A stretch of DNA of 64,000 nucleotides from Escherichia coli. GTDB lineage: Bacteria > Pseudomonadota > Gammaproteobacteria > Enterobacterales > Enterobacteriaceae. The stretch lies in NCBI RefSeq assembly GCF_029227855.1, contig NZ_CP074356.1, one strand, 5' to 3'. A program made the translations under genes and the position numbers. Shown piece after piece: positions 11,781 to 23,045 of this stretch. Below the pieces are notes generated by a model. The model was not told where the DNA came from and made no database searches. It saw only the letters and a list, made by a program, of their open reading frames with translations. How positions within the stretch are numbered: position 1 is the stretch's first letter; each line of letters opens with the position of its first letter.

Positions 11781-13214
11781 TTACAGCATGTTCCAGCCGA
11801 TCAGCATATTCCACCACCACACGCCAAGGGTGATATGCACCAGGAAGGTTAATATCGTCAGTACCGCACCGACCAACCACCAGGATTTAATATCGTTATA
11901 ACCCACGCCAAAGATGACCGGACCTGCCGCGCCGCCATAGTGAGTAACCATGCCGCCATAGGAGTTGGAGAACAACAGTGCCAGCGCGGTTAACATTAAC
12001 GGTGCGCCGGAGACGTTCGCCAGCATGGCAAATACCGGTAACATGGCAACGATATAGGCACTACCGGAAGCGAAGAAATAACGCACGATAATGCTGAGGA
12101 AAATAATAACGAAGAAAGCAACGTTACCGTGACCATCAAATGCCAGGTTATTTTTAAAGACTTCAGCTAACCATTCGAAGAATTTAACTTTCGATAATAA
12201 GGAGCTTAAGCCGATAATACCGCCGTACCAGATTAAGGTATTCCAGCCGCCTTTATTTTTAACCACGTCTTCCCAGGTAACGATACCCAGCAGCAGCATA
12301 GTCGCCATAACAACGATTGCCACGGTGGATTCATCAACCCCCAGTGACTTACTGAAAATCCAGCCCAGCAGCGCCAGCACGAAGACACCGAGCAGCATTT
12401 TTTCGCGGATTTTCATCGGTCCCAGTTCGGCAAGGCCCGCTTTGGCGATGGTTTTGTTATCCACCTTCTTAATTTCTGGCGGATACATGGTGTAAATCAC
12501 CAGCGGGGTGACCAGCAGCATAATGATACCCGGCAATCCGGCTGCCAGCGCCCATCCACCCCAGCTAATTTGCAGGTGCAGAATGTCGTTGATCATTTTC
12601 AGCGCCAGAATGTTCCCCGCCATTGCGGTAAAGAACATATAGCTGGTGGTTTTGGTGACCATGTAAATGGACATCATCAGGTAATGTCCGACACGACGCG
12701 GACTTTTTTCCGGTTCTGACCCCAAAGCCACCGCCACGCTGTTGATGATCGGTAACACAATGCCGCCCGCACGCGCGGTGTTAGACGGTGTTGCCGGAGC
12801 CAGTACCAGATCGAGGAATACCGTAACGTAACCCAGACCCAGCGTGGTGTTACCGATTTTACCAATCAGCAGATAGGCAATACGTTTACCTAAGCCGGTG
12901 GTCACAAATGCGGCGCTTAAGGTAAACGCGGAGAACACCAGCCAGGTGGTACCTGAAGAGTAACCGCTTAATACGGCGGTGGTCTTAAACGCACCGTCGG
13001 ATAAGTTACCGACCACCACCATGGAGGCAGCAACGGCAATTAACAGTACGACAGGTTCCGGGAAAGGCTTGATAACCAGCCCCACAATGGCCGCCAGGTA
13101 AATACCAAAAAGCACCCACGCCAGTTCGCTTAATCCTGCCGGAGCTGGCATAAAGCCAATAATACATGGGATCGCTAATATCAGAATTAGCTTCCATAAC
13201 GATTTTTTATTCAT
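11781..13214 (-). CDS. ybhI: DASS-family anion transporter YbhI (putative di/tricarboxylate carrier)
   Basis: 477 aa hydrophobic ORF MNKKSLWKLILILAIPCIIGFMPAPAGL... matching YbhI. Confidence 0.92.
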   Translation of the reverse strand: MNKKSLWKLILILAIPCIIGFMPAPAGLSELAWVLFGIYLAAIVGLVIKPFPEPVVLLIAVAASMVVVGNLSDGAFKTTAVLSGYSSGTTWLVFSAFTLSAAFVTTGLGKRIAYLLIGKIGNTTLGLGYVTVFLDLVLAPATPSNTARAGGIVLPIINSVAVALGSEPEKSPRRVGHYLMMSIYMVTKTTSYMFFTAMAGNILALKMINDILHLQISWGGWALAAGLPGIIMLLVTPLVIYTMYPPEIKKVDNKTIAKAGLAELGPMKIREKMLLGVFVLALLGWIFSKSLGVDESTVAIVVMATMLLLGIVTWEDVVKNKGGWNTLIWYGGIIGLSSLLSKVKFFEWLAEVFKNNLAFDGHGNVAFFVIIFLSIIVRYFFASGSAYIVAMLPVFAMLANVSGAPLMLTALALLFSNSYGGMVTHYGGAAGPVIFGVGYNDIKSWWLVGAVLTILTFLVHITLGVWWWNMLIGWNML

Positions 13215-13289
13215 TTAAAATCCTGTTCTTTCTGTATGACTCATACAGAAGTCCTTTATTGATTGTCCTTATCCTGACAACGAATTTTT

Positions 13290-14342
13290 TCAGGGAAGAA
13301 AAACTTCACCGGAAAATATTTTTCTGGTTGTCCGAATAACAGATGCGCGTAACGTCGTGGCATCCTGACCTTCATTACTTAAATGAACGTCGAGCGCACC
13401 ACTGGGGTGTTCAATATTGATATTGCCGTATCCTATAGAAGAGACGATTTGTCGGGTGACGGTGCCTTCCAATGCACAACTACTGGAAATGGCAATAGCA
13501 CCGGTTATCGCCAGCGCGCGATGGCAAGAATGCGGCATAAAATAACGCACATTAATTGCTCCGCCTTTCTGCGCTGGAGAAATAAGCACAGGTTTAGGGA
13601 TAACCATATTACTGACATCGCCTAAGCCCATTGCTTTACCCGCTTGTAGACGGATAGATTCAATGCGAGCTAATAATGCTTTGTCGGCATCCAGTTCCGT
13701 CGGTAATTCATAGCCTGTTTTTCCCAGATATTCAGCAGGAATAATGACAACTGGCATCGCCATATCGATACAGGTCACCGGGACATCGTCAAAATAATCA
13801 ATCTGATTATCCGTCGGGAAGACTTTTCCGGTTTTGGTTCCGGCGGCATTCAGGAAAGTGAGCGCAACCGGTGCGGCAGTACCCGGTACGCCGTCAATTC
13901 TGGCGCTACCCTCGTACTCGACAACACCATTTGGCGTTTGCACATCAGCTTCGATGAACGTACCCGTATTGACGTTGCGGATACGTACGCGGGTAACTGG
14001 CGAAGTCGCTGCAATCAAACCATTTTCAATGGCGAATGCCCCAACGCCAGACAGCATATTGCCGCAGTTAGGCGTGGTATCGACACGTTGCTCATGGACG
14101 ATAACTTGAGCAAACAGATAATCGACATCAGCACGCGGATCGCTGGAACGGCTAATAATGGCGACTTTACTGGTCAGCGGATTACCGCCGCCAATACCGT
14201 CAATTTCCAGATCGTTACCGGAACCCATAATTGCCATCAATATTTTATCGCGCTGCGTTTGATCTTCGGGTAGATGTTCCGCTAACAGGAACGCGCCCCT
14301 CGAGGTTCCACCTCGCATCATCACGCAGGGTATTTTTTTCAT
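13290..14342 (-). CDS. ybhH: PrpF/AcnD-accessory-family isomerase YbhH
   Basis: 350 aa ORF MKKIPCVMMRGGTSRGAFLLAEHLPEDQTQRDKILMAIMGSGNDLEIDGIGGGNPLTSKVAIISRS... typical of the PrpF family. Confidence 0.9.
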   Translation of the reverse strand: MKKIPCVMMRGGTSRGAFLLAEHLPEDQTQRDKILMAIMGSGNDLEIDGIGGGNPLTSKVAIISRSSDPRADVDYLFAQVIVHEQRVDTTPNCGNMLSGVGAFAIENGLIAATSPVTRVRIRNVNTGTFIEADVQTPNGVVEYEGSARIDGVPGTAAPVALTFLNAAGTKTGKVFPTDNQIDYFDDVPVTCIDMAMPVVIIPAEYLGKTGYELPTELDADKALLARIESIRLQAGKAMGLGDVSNMVIPKPVLISPAQKGGAINVRYFMPHSCHRALAITGAIAISSSCALEGTVTRQIVSSIGYGNINIEHPSGALDVHLSNEGQDATTLRASVIRTTRKIFSGEVFLP

Positions 14343-14525
14343 AATAATGCCCTCAATTTAAAAACATAACTTATTGCGATATGGTTACATTAAGGGCAAA
14401 GCATCTCTAATGACTTTAGCTCAACGATTAATAACATTTTTTCATTAATTTAAGTTAGCTAAATGCAGTTAGAATTTTTAACGGCCAGTCACCCAAAATC
14501 GACGCTTCCATTTTCCGGAGTAATA

Positions 14526-15479
14526 ATGAAGCATGAATTATCAAGTATGAAGGCATTTGTCATACTGGCAGAGTCCAGTTCATTTAACAATGCCGCTAAA
14601 TTACTCAATATTACGCAACCTGCATTAACGCGAAGAATAAAAAAGATGGAGGAAGATTTACATATCCAACTATTTGAGCGTACAACTCGCAAGGTTACGT
14701 TAACAAAAGCAGGAAAAAGATTGCTCCCGGAGGCGCGGGAATTAATAAAGAAATTCGATGAAACGCTTTTTAATATTCGTGATATGAATGCTTATCATCG
14801 TGGTATGGTGACATTAGCGTGTATTCCGACCGCAGTATTTTATTTTTTACCGCTGGCAATCGGTAAATTTAATGAGCTTTATCCCAATATTAAAGTGCGG
14901 ATTCTGGAACAAGGTACGAATAATTGCATGGAATCGGTGCTGTGTAACGAATCAGACTTTGGCATAAACATGAACAACGTCACAAATTCATCCATCGATT
15001 TTACCCCACTGGTCAACGAGCCGTTCGTGCTGGCCTGTCGGCGTGACCATCCATTGGCCAAAAAGCAGCTTGTAGAATGGCAGGAGTTAGTGGGTTACAA
15101 AATGATTGGCGTACGCTCCTCCAGCGGCAACCGACTGTTGATAGAACAACAGCTAGCCGACAAGCCCTGGAAGCTGGACTGGTTTTACGAAGTGCGTCAT
15201 CTTTCGACGTCATTAGGACTGGTGGAGGCAGGACTGGGGATTTCGGCGCTTCCTGGTCTGGCAATGCCCCATGCGCCCTATTCTTCGATTATTGGTATCC
15301 CACTGGTGGAACCGGTTATACGTCGGACATTGGGGATTATTCGCCGCAAAGATGCCGTGCTTTCTCCGGCAGCTGAACGCTTTTTTGCCTTGCTGATTAA
15401 TTTGTGGACTGACGATAAAGACAATTTGTGGACCAATATCGTCGAACGCCAGAGACATGCGTTACAGGAGATAGGTTAA
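14526..15479 (+). CDS. ybhD: LysR-family transcriptional regulator YbhD
   Basis: Frame contains MKHELSSMKAFVILAESSSFNNAAKLLNITQPALTRRIKKMEEDL (helix-turn-helix) from the ATG at 14526; divergent from ybhH; the ORF-track upstream extension is rejected. Confidence 0.88.
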   Translation: MKHELSSMKAFVILAESSSFNNAAKLLNITQPALTRRIKKMEEDLHIQLFERTTRKVTLTKAGKRLLPEARELIKKFDETLFNIRDMNAYHRGMVTLACIPTAVFYFLPLAIGKFNELYPNIKVRILEQGTNNCMESVLCNESDFGINMNNVTNSSIDFTPLVNEPFVLACRRDHPLAKKQLVEWQELVGYKMIGVRSSSGNRLLIEQQLADKPWKLDWFYEVRHLSTSLGLVEAGLGISALPGLAMPHAPYSSIIGIPLVEPVIRRTLGIIRRKDAVLSPAAERFFALLINLWTDDKDNLWTNIVERQRHALQEIG

Positions 15480-15519
15480 TACACCGGCGCAGAAGAGACT
15501 GCGCCGGGTAAATCAGCGG

Positions 15520-16551
<1,032 letters not shown>

Positions 16552-16669
16552 CTAAAATTAGTCGCTTTTGGCGGTGAATGCTGAATTAAAACGCAGAATT
16601 TTGTCCGATAGTGGTATCGGTGTACCATTCGCGCAGAAGAAAATTCTTAACCTTAATCTGGAATACGCC

Positions 16670-17488
16670 ATGACCACACGCGTGATTGCTCTCGACTTAG
16701 ACGGCACCTTATTGACCCCGAAAAAGACCTTGCTTCCATCATCGATAGAAGCCCTGGCCCGCGCTCGCGAAGCAGGCTATCAATTAATCATCGTCACAGG
16801 TCGCCATCACGTCGCTATTCATCCTTTTTATCAGGCGCTGGCGCTGGATACACCTGCTATTTGCTGTAATGGCACCTATTTGTATGATTATCATGCAAAA
16901 ACAGTGCTGGAAGCGGACCCAATGCCCGTTAATAAAGCCCTGCAACTCATTGAGATGCTGAATGAACACCACATTCACGGTCTGATGTATGTCGATGATG
17001 CAATGGTCTATGAGCACCCGACCGGGCATGTCATTCGCACGTCTAACTGGGCGCAAACCCTGCCGCCGGAACAGCGTCCGACTTTCACACAAGTCGCTTC
17101 TCTGGCTGAAACGGCGCAACAAGTTAACGCCGTATGGAAGTTCGCCCTGACGCACGATGACCTGCCGCAATTGCAGCATTTTGGTAAGCATGTCGAACAT
17201 GAACTGGGACTTGAGTGTGAATGGTCCTGGCACGATCAGGTTGATATTGCACGCGGCGGCAACAGCAAAGGTAAACGTTTGACGAAATGGGTTGAGGCAC
17301 AAGGTTGGTCGATGGAAAACGTCGTGGCATTCGGCGATAACTTTAATGATATCAGTATGCTGGAAGCCGCTGGTACAGGCGTGGCGATGGGCAACGCCGA
17401 TGACGCGGTAAAAGCGCGCGCCAACATTGTGATTGGTGATAACACTACCGACAGCATTGCCCAGTTCATTTATAGCCACCTGATTTAA
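16670..17488 (+). CDS. ybhA: HAD-family phosphatase YbhA (pyridoxal phosphate phosphatase)
   Basis: From the ATG at 16670: MTTRVIALDLDGTLLTPKK... with the HAD DxDGT motif; the ORF-track upstream extension is rejected. Confidence 0.9.
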   Translation: MTTRVIALDLDGTLLTPKKTLLPSSIEALARAREAGYQLIIVTGRHHVAIHPFYQALALDTPAICCNGTYLYDYHAKTVLEADPMPVNKALQLIEMLNEHHIHGLMYVDDAMVYEHPTGHVIRTSNWAQTLPPEQRPTFTQVASLAETAQQVNAVWKFALTHDDLPQLQHFGKHVEHELGLECEWSWHDQVDIARGGNSKGKRLTKWVEAQGWSMENVVAFGDNFNDISMLEAAGTGVAMGNADDAVKARANIVIGDNTTDSIAQFIYSHLI

Positions 17489-18547
17489 TCAGGCGGTTAT
17501 CGACACACTTTTAATTTGCGCGTACAGCCACAGGCCTGGTTTGATCGCCAGTTCATCCCTGGCCCACGGGCTGATACGCGCCCACAGCGTTTTACCGCCG
17601 ACTTCCAGCTCCACTTCCACCTGGCCGTTGTCGTCATAACTATTAACAACTTTTGCCCGCAATACGTTACGAATGCTGGTTTGCTGCGGCGGTTGTAAAA
17701 CCAGCGAGACATCGGAAGCCTGAATGCGGATGCGTAGTGCAGCTTGCAGCGGTTCGTCCAGCTTATTGACCCACAAATGCTGATCGCCCAGCGCCAGCGC
17801 GGTCATCGCGTAATGCGGATGATGCTCAAGCACCGTCACTTTCAGAATGCTACTTTGTTGCTCTTTCGGCAGCCACGGATTCATCACGCTACTGCCCCAC
17901 ACTTCCTCCAGCGCGCCAAAGGCTTTCACCTGACCGTTTTCCAGTACCATCACTCTGTCTGCCAGATGGAGGATCTCATCCAGCGAATGGCTGACATACA
18001 ACATCGGAATGTTGATTTCCCGTGTCAGCCGTTGCAGATAAGGCAACAGTTCGCGTTTACGCGGAATATCCAGTGACGCCAGCGGTTCATCCAGCAACAG
18101 CAATTCCGGTGCTGTCAGCAAAGCCCGACCAATCGCCACGCGCTGTTTTTCGCCTCCGGACAGGCTGCCTGGTAAACGGTCAAGCAACGGTTCAATGCCT
18201 AAAAGCGCCACCAGCTTATCGAACTGATCGACCATACTTTTCGACATGCCGTAGCGCAGATTGCCACGCACTTTGTAATGCGGGAACAGCCGCGCATCCT
18301 GAAAAACATAGCCAACGCGACGCTTTTCCGGCGTCAGGCAGATACCTTTTTCGGCATCATTTAGTACCCGCCCATTGAGGACAATCCGCCCTTTTTGCGG
18401 ACGCGTCAGTCCACTGATGGCGTTAATCAGCGAAGTTTTTCCGGCACCGGAGACGCCAAAGATAGCAGTGATGCCATTGGCGGGCAGCGTTTCATTAATG
18501 GTCAGGCAATGGTTGCCCAACGTCTGGGAAAAATTCAGTTCCAGCAT
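17489..18547 (-). CDS. modC: Molybdate ABC transporter ATPase ModC
   Basis: 352 aa ORF with Walker [10 protein letters not shown] and ABC signature LSGGEKQR plus a C-terminal Mop-type domain; matches ModC. Confidence 0.95.
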
Positions 18548-18549
18548 GA

Positions 18550-19239
18550 TTAGCGCCCCGCCCGTTCACGGCTGATTCTGGCCAGCCATTCTGAAATCAA
18601 CAGGGAGATCATCGCCAGCGCAATAGAAATAATGCACAGTCTCGCCGCGCCACTTTCCCCGCCGGGGGTCTGGATCAGGGTATACATGGCAGAAGGAATG
18701 GTTCGCGTTTCACCAGGAATGTTCGACACAAAGGTGATGGTTGCACCAAACTCACCGAGAGAACGAGCAAAAGCCAGTACCGTACCAACAATAATGCCCG
18801 GTAAGGTCAGCGGTAACGTGATAGTAAAGAAAACGCGCCAGCGCCCGGCACCCAGTGTTCTTGCGGCCTGTTCCAGTTTGACATCAACCCCTTCCAGCGC
18901 CAGACGAATTGCCCGCACCATCAGCGGAAACGACATGACGGCGGCAGCGAGAACCGCGCCGCGCCAGCTAAAGGCGAAGGTAATGCCAAACCAGTCATAC
19001 AGACGTTCACCGATAAATCCGCGCCGTCCCATCGAAACTAATAATAAGTAACCGACGACCACGGGCGGTAACACCAGCGGTAGATGCAGTACGCTGTCGA
19101 GCAGAGCTTTGCCCGGAAACGTGCAACGCACCAGTAACCAGGCAAAAAAGATCCCAAACGGCAGGCTAAACAGCACAGCCAGGGAAGAAACTTTCAGGCT
19201 TAATAAAACTGCCTGCCATTCTGGATCGGTCAGTATCAT
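18550..19239 (-). CDS. modB: Molybdate ABC transporter permease ModB
   Basis: 229 aa hydrophobic [42 protein letters not shown]...; operon position between modA and modC. Confidence 0.95.
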
Positions 19240-20012
19240 TACTTGGTTGTAAATCCGTAACGTTTAAAGATTTCCGCAGCCTGCGGCCCTTTCAAATAAT
19301 CATAAAATGCTTTCACCGTCGCATTGTTATGCCCTTCCACAACAGCAACCGGATATTCCACTTTTTTATGCGAATCTTCCGGGAAGGTGGCAACCACTTT
19401 TACCCCTTTGCTGGCAACTGCGTCAGAACCGTAAACAATACCCAGCGGCGCTTCATTGCGTTCGACCAACGCCAGCGCGCCACGAACATCTTCCGCCGGA
19501 GCCAGTTTCGGGGAGAGCGTATCCCATGCGCCCAGTTTTTGCAGTGCTTCTTTTGCATAAATGCCAGCGGGAACATGTTCCGGATCGCCAACCGCCAGAC
19601 GACCGCCATTCAGCAGCGAAGTCCAGTTGGTTTTGCTGTCGATGGTGAAATCTTTCTGCTCGCTGGCTTTCGGTGCTACAACGACCAGGCTATTGCCGAG
19701 CAGTGTCTGACGCGTAGCTGTATCGATCGCTTTTTTATCAACCGCATAATCCATCCATTTCTGATCGGCAGAAATAAACAGATCCGCAGGGGCTCCCGCT
19801 TCAATCTGACGGGCGAGAGTAGATGACGAAGCGAAAGAAGAAACCACATCCACGCCTTTCTCTTTTTTATACTGCGTAGCAATGTCCTGCATTGCGTTAG
19901 TCAGTGATGCGGCGGCGAACACCGTGATTTTCCCTTCATCTGCCAGTGCATTGCCAGCAACAGCGAAAGAGAGTGCCGCCCCGGCAAACAAGTTCAACCA
20001 TTTACGAGCCAT
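19239..20012 (-). CDS. modA: Periplasmic molybdate-binding protein ModA
   Basis: 257 aa ORF with signal peptide MARKWLNLFAGAALSFAVAGNALA; matches ModA. Confidence 0.95.
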   Translation of the reverse strand: MARKWLNLFAGAALSFAVAGNALADEGKITVFAAASLTNAMQDIATQYKKEKGVDVVSSFASSSTLARQIEAGAPADLFISADQKWMDYAVDKKAIDTATRQTLLGNSLVVVAPKASEQKDFTIDSKTNWTSLLNGGRLAVGDPEHVPAGIYAKEALQKLGAWDTLSPKLAPAEDVRGALALVERNEAPLGIVYGSDAVASKGVKVVATFPEDSHKKVEYPVAVVEGHNNATVKAFYDYLKGPQAAEIFKRYGFTTK

Positions 20013-20031
20013 TGGTAACCCCTTAATCTAA

Positions 20032-20055
20032 CGTTATGTAGGCGTCAATATAACG
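20032..20055. promoter_or_regulatory. ModE operator at the modABC promoter
   Basis: Inverted repeat cgttatgtaggcgtcaatataacg (CGTTAT-N12-ATAACG) lies 20 bp upstream of the modA start codon, where the ModE site is expected. Confidence 0.8.
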
Positions 20056-20178
20056 GCAAGTTCGGAATTTTCCCAGCAGTTATTGCTAACCTTTGTGAGG
20101 TAGATGAGAAAAAATATCGGCAGGAAAAGCAGGAAGTTGAGAAAAAGAAAATGCCCGACTAAGCGGGCATTCAGGGAA

Positions 20179-20346
<168 letters not shown>

Positions 20347-20456
20347 TCATGAGACTATTCTAACCGCTAAGCACAGAAAAGCACTCCCCTTTTGTGCGGT
20401 CAGCTTTGCGTGGCGTTCGTTTTCCGTCACAATAAGACTTTTGCCAGGATATTGTT

Positions 20457-21245
20457 ATGCAGGCCGAAATCCTTCTCACCCTTAAGCTCCAACAAAAATT
20501 ATTCGCCGACCCGCGCCGCATTTCGCTACTAAAACACATTGCGCTTTCCGGTTCCATTAGCCAGGGAGCGAAAGATGCCGGTATCAGCTATAAAAGCGCC
20601 TGGGATGCCATTAACGAAATGAATCAGTTAAGTGAGCATATTCTGGTCGAGCGCGCAACAGGCGGTAAAGGTGGCGGCGGCGCAGTACTGACCCGCTATG
20701 GTCAGCGACTGATTCAGCTCTATGACTTACTGGCGCAAATCCAGCAAAAAGCCTTTGATGTGTTAAGTGACGATGACGCCCTGCCACTGAACAGCCTGCT
20801 GGCCGCGATCTCACGTTTTTCACTGCAAACCAGCGCCCGTAACCAGTGGTTCGGTACCATCACCGCCCGCGATCATGATGACGTTCAACAGCATGTTGAT
20901 GTCTTACTGGCTGATGGAAAAACACGCCTGAAAGTCGCAATTACCGCACAAAGCGGCGCGCGTCTGGGGCTGGATGAAGGCAAAGAAGTGTTGATATTGC
21001 TAAAAGCGCCGTGGGTAGGCATTACTCAGGACGAAGCTGTCGCACAAAACGCCGACAACCAATTACCGGGTATTATTAGTCATATTGAGCGCGGCGCAGA
21101 GCAGTGCGAAGTATTAATGGCGCTACCCGACGGGCAAACACTGTGCGCCACAGTGCCGGTAAATGAAGCGACTTCTCTTCAGCAAGGACAGAATGTCACG
21201 GCCTACTTTAATGCCGACAGCGTGATTATCGCCACGCTGTGCTAA
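20457..21245 (+). CDS. modE: Molybdate-responsive transcriptional regulator ModE
   Basis: 262 aa ORF MQAEILLTLKLQQKLFADPRRISLLKHIALSGSISQGAKDAGISYKSAWDAINEMN... matches ModE. Confidence 0.95.
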   Translation: MQAEILLTLKLQQKLFADPRRISLLKHIALSGSISQGAKDAGISYKSAWDAINEMNQLSEHILVERATGGKGGGGAVLTRYGQRLIQLYDLLAQIQQKAFDVLSDDDALPLNSLLAAISRFSLQTSARNQWFGTITARDHDDVQQHVDVLLADGKTRLKVAITAQSGARLGLDEGKEVLILLKAPWVGITQDEAVAQNADNQLPGIISHIERGAEQCEVLMALPDGQTLCATVPVNEATSLQQGQNVTAYFNADSVIIATLC

Positions 21246-21312
21246 GCGTGTTGACAATTTGTTATGAAACACGTATCCCTGTCAGTAATCTCTGCAAAAA
21301 ATGGGATATAAA

Positions 21313-22785
21313 ATGTCATCGTTGCAAATTTTGCAAGGCACGTTTCGTCTTAGCGACACAAAAACACTGCAATTGCCTCAGCTAACGTTAAACGCGGGTG
21401 ATAGTTGGGCGTTTGTCGGTTCGAATGGAAGCGGCAAGTCAGCGCTGGCCCGCGCGCTGGCGGGGGAACTTCCGCTTTTGAAAGGTGAACGGCAAAGCCA
21501 GTTTTCCCACATCACTCGTCTCTCCTTCGAGCAATTGCAAAAGCTCGTCAGCGACGAATGGCAGCGGAATAACACCGATATGCTCGGCCCTGGCGAAGAT
21601 GACACCGGGCGTACCACGGCTGAAATCATTCAGGATGAAGTAAAGGATACTCCGCGTTGCATGCAACTGGCGCAGCAGTTCGGTATTACCGCCCTCCTCG
21701 ACCGACGCTTTAAATACCTTTCCACTGGCGAGACGCGAAAAACCCTGCTGTGTCAGGCGCTGATGTCGGAGCCTGACTTGTTGATCCTTGATGAACCGTT
21801 CGATGGCCTGGATGTTGCCTCACGTCAGCAGCTGGCTGAGCTACTCGCCTCGTTACATCAGTCCGGTATTACTCTGGTACTGGTGCTCAATCGCTTCGAT
21901 GAGATCCCAGAATTTGTCCAGTTTGCTGGCGTGCTGGCGGATTGTACGTTAGCGGAAACTGGCGCTAAAGAGGAACTGCTCCAGCAAGCACTCGTCGCGC
22001 AACTGGCGCATAGCGAACAGCTTGAAGGTGTACAATTGCCGGAGCCGGATGAACCTTCAGCACGTCACGCCTTACCCGCCAACGAACCGCGCATTGTGCT
22101 GAGCAATGGCGTGGTTTCTTATAACGATCGCCCCATTCTTAATAACCTTAGCTGGCAGGTGAATCCAGGCGAGCACTGGCAAATTGTCGGGCCAAATGGC
22201 GCGGGAAAATCGACGTTATTAAGCCTGATTACTGGCGATCATCCGCAAGGTTACAGCAACGATTTGACGCTTTTCGGCCGACGTCGCGGCAGCGGCGAAA
22301 CCATCTGGGACATCAAAAAGCATATCGGTTACGTCAGCAGTAGTTTGCATCTGGATTACCGGGTCAGCACTACTGTGCGTAATGTGATTCTTTCTGGCTA
22401 TTTTGATTCGATTGGCATTTATCAGGCCGTTTCGGATCGCCAGCAAAAACTGGTGCAGCAGTGGCTGGATATTCTCGGCATTGATAAACGCACGGCTGAC
22501 GCTCCTTTCCATAGTCTTTCCTGGGGACAGCAGCGTCTGGCGCTGATCGTCCGTGCACTGGTGAAACATCCGACGTTGCTTATTCTCGATGAACCACTAC
22601 AGGGGCTTGATCCGCTCAATCGCCAGCTTATCCGCCGTTTTGTTGATGTGCTGATTAGCGAAGGTGAAACGCAATTGTTGTTTGTTTCGCACCACGCTGA
22701 AGATGCGCCTTCCTGTATTACCCATCGTCTTGAGTTCGTGCCGGACGGTGACTTTTATCGCTATGCGCTGACAAAAATAAACTGA
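21313..22785 (+). CDS. modF: ABC-type ATPase ModF (two nucleotide-binding domains)
   Basis: Frame contains MSSLQILQGTFRLSDTKTLQLPQLTLNAGDSWAFVGSNGSGKSALARALAGELP... and a second Walker A GPNGAGKST; start trimmed to the ATG at 21313. Confidence 0.92.
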   Translation: MSSLQILQGTFRLSDTKTLQLPQLTLNAGDSWAFVGSNGSGKSALARALAGELPLLKGERQSQFSHITRLSFEQLQKLVSDEWQRNNTDMLGPGEDDTGRTTAEIIQDEVKDTPRCMQLAQQFGITALLDRRFKYLSTGETRKTLLCQALMSEPDLLILDEPFDGLDVASRQQLAELLASLHQSGITLVLVLNRFDEIPEFVQFAGVLADCTLAETGAKEELLQQALVAQLAHSEQLEGVQLPEPDEPSARHALPANEPRIVLSNGVVSYNDRPILNNLSWQVNPGEHWQIVGPNGAGKSTLLSLITGDHPQGYSNDLTLFGRRRGSGETIWDIKKHIGYVSSSLHLDYRVSTTVRNVILSGYFDSIGIYQAVSDRQQKLVQQWLDILGIDKRTADAPFHSLSWGQQRLALIVRALVKHPTLLILDEPLQGLDPLNRQLIRRFVDVLISEGETQLLFVSHHAEDAPSCITHRLEFVPDGDFYRYALTKIN

Positions 22786-22939
22786 GTCGGTAATGCTGAC
22801 TGTACCGGAGGCGGCCTAAGCGCCCTCTCCGGCCTAAAGTCCGACGCATCCAGGCATGAAACCGCGACTTTTTTCAGATAAAAAGCGCAATCATTCATAA
22901 ACCCTCTGTTTTATAATCACTTAATCGCGCATAAAAAAC

Positions 22940-23045
22940 GGCTAAATTCTTGTGTAAACGATTCCACTAATTTATTCCATGTCACACTTTTCGCATCTTT
23001 GTTATGCTATGGTTATTTCATACCATAAGCCTAATGGAGCGAATT
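22940..23045 (+). promoter_or_regulatory. gal operon promoter region (P1/P2) with GalR operator OE and CRP site
   Basis: gtgtaaacgattccac (OE, 22952-22967), then taatttattccatgtcacacttttcg (CRP site) and tatgctatggttatttcatacc (-10 region) directly upstream of galE; matches the remembered gal control region. Confidence 0.85.

Noticed and set aside
16784-17479. 231 aa minus-strand ORF opposite ybhA, plus many 60-190 aa ORFs antisense to bioA, modF, galK, aroG, the mutase genes and others
   Set aside because: All are embedded in, and antisense or out of frame to, confidently identified genes; treated as chance ORFs.
22800-22870. GC-rich palindromic sequence after modF (ccggaggcggcctaagcgccctctccgg...) considered as a REP element
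   Set aside because: It does not match the REP consensus well; more likely a simple terminator or stem-loop, so not annotated as a repeat.
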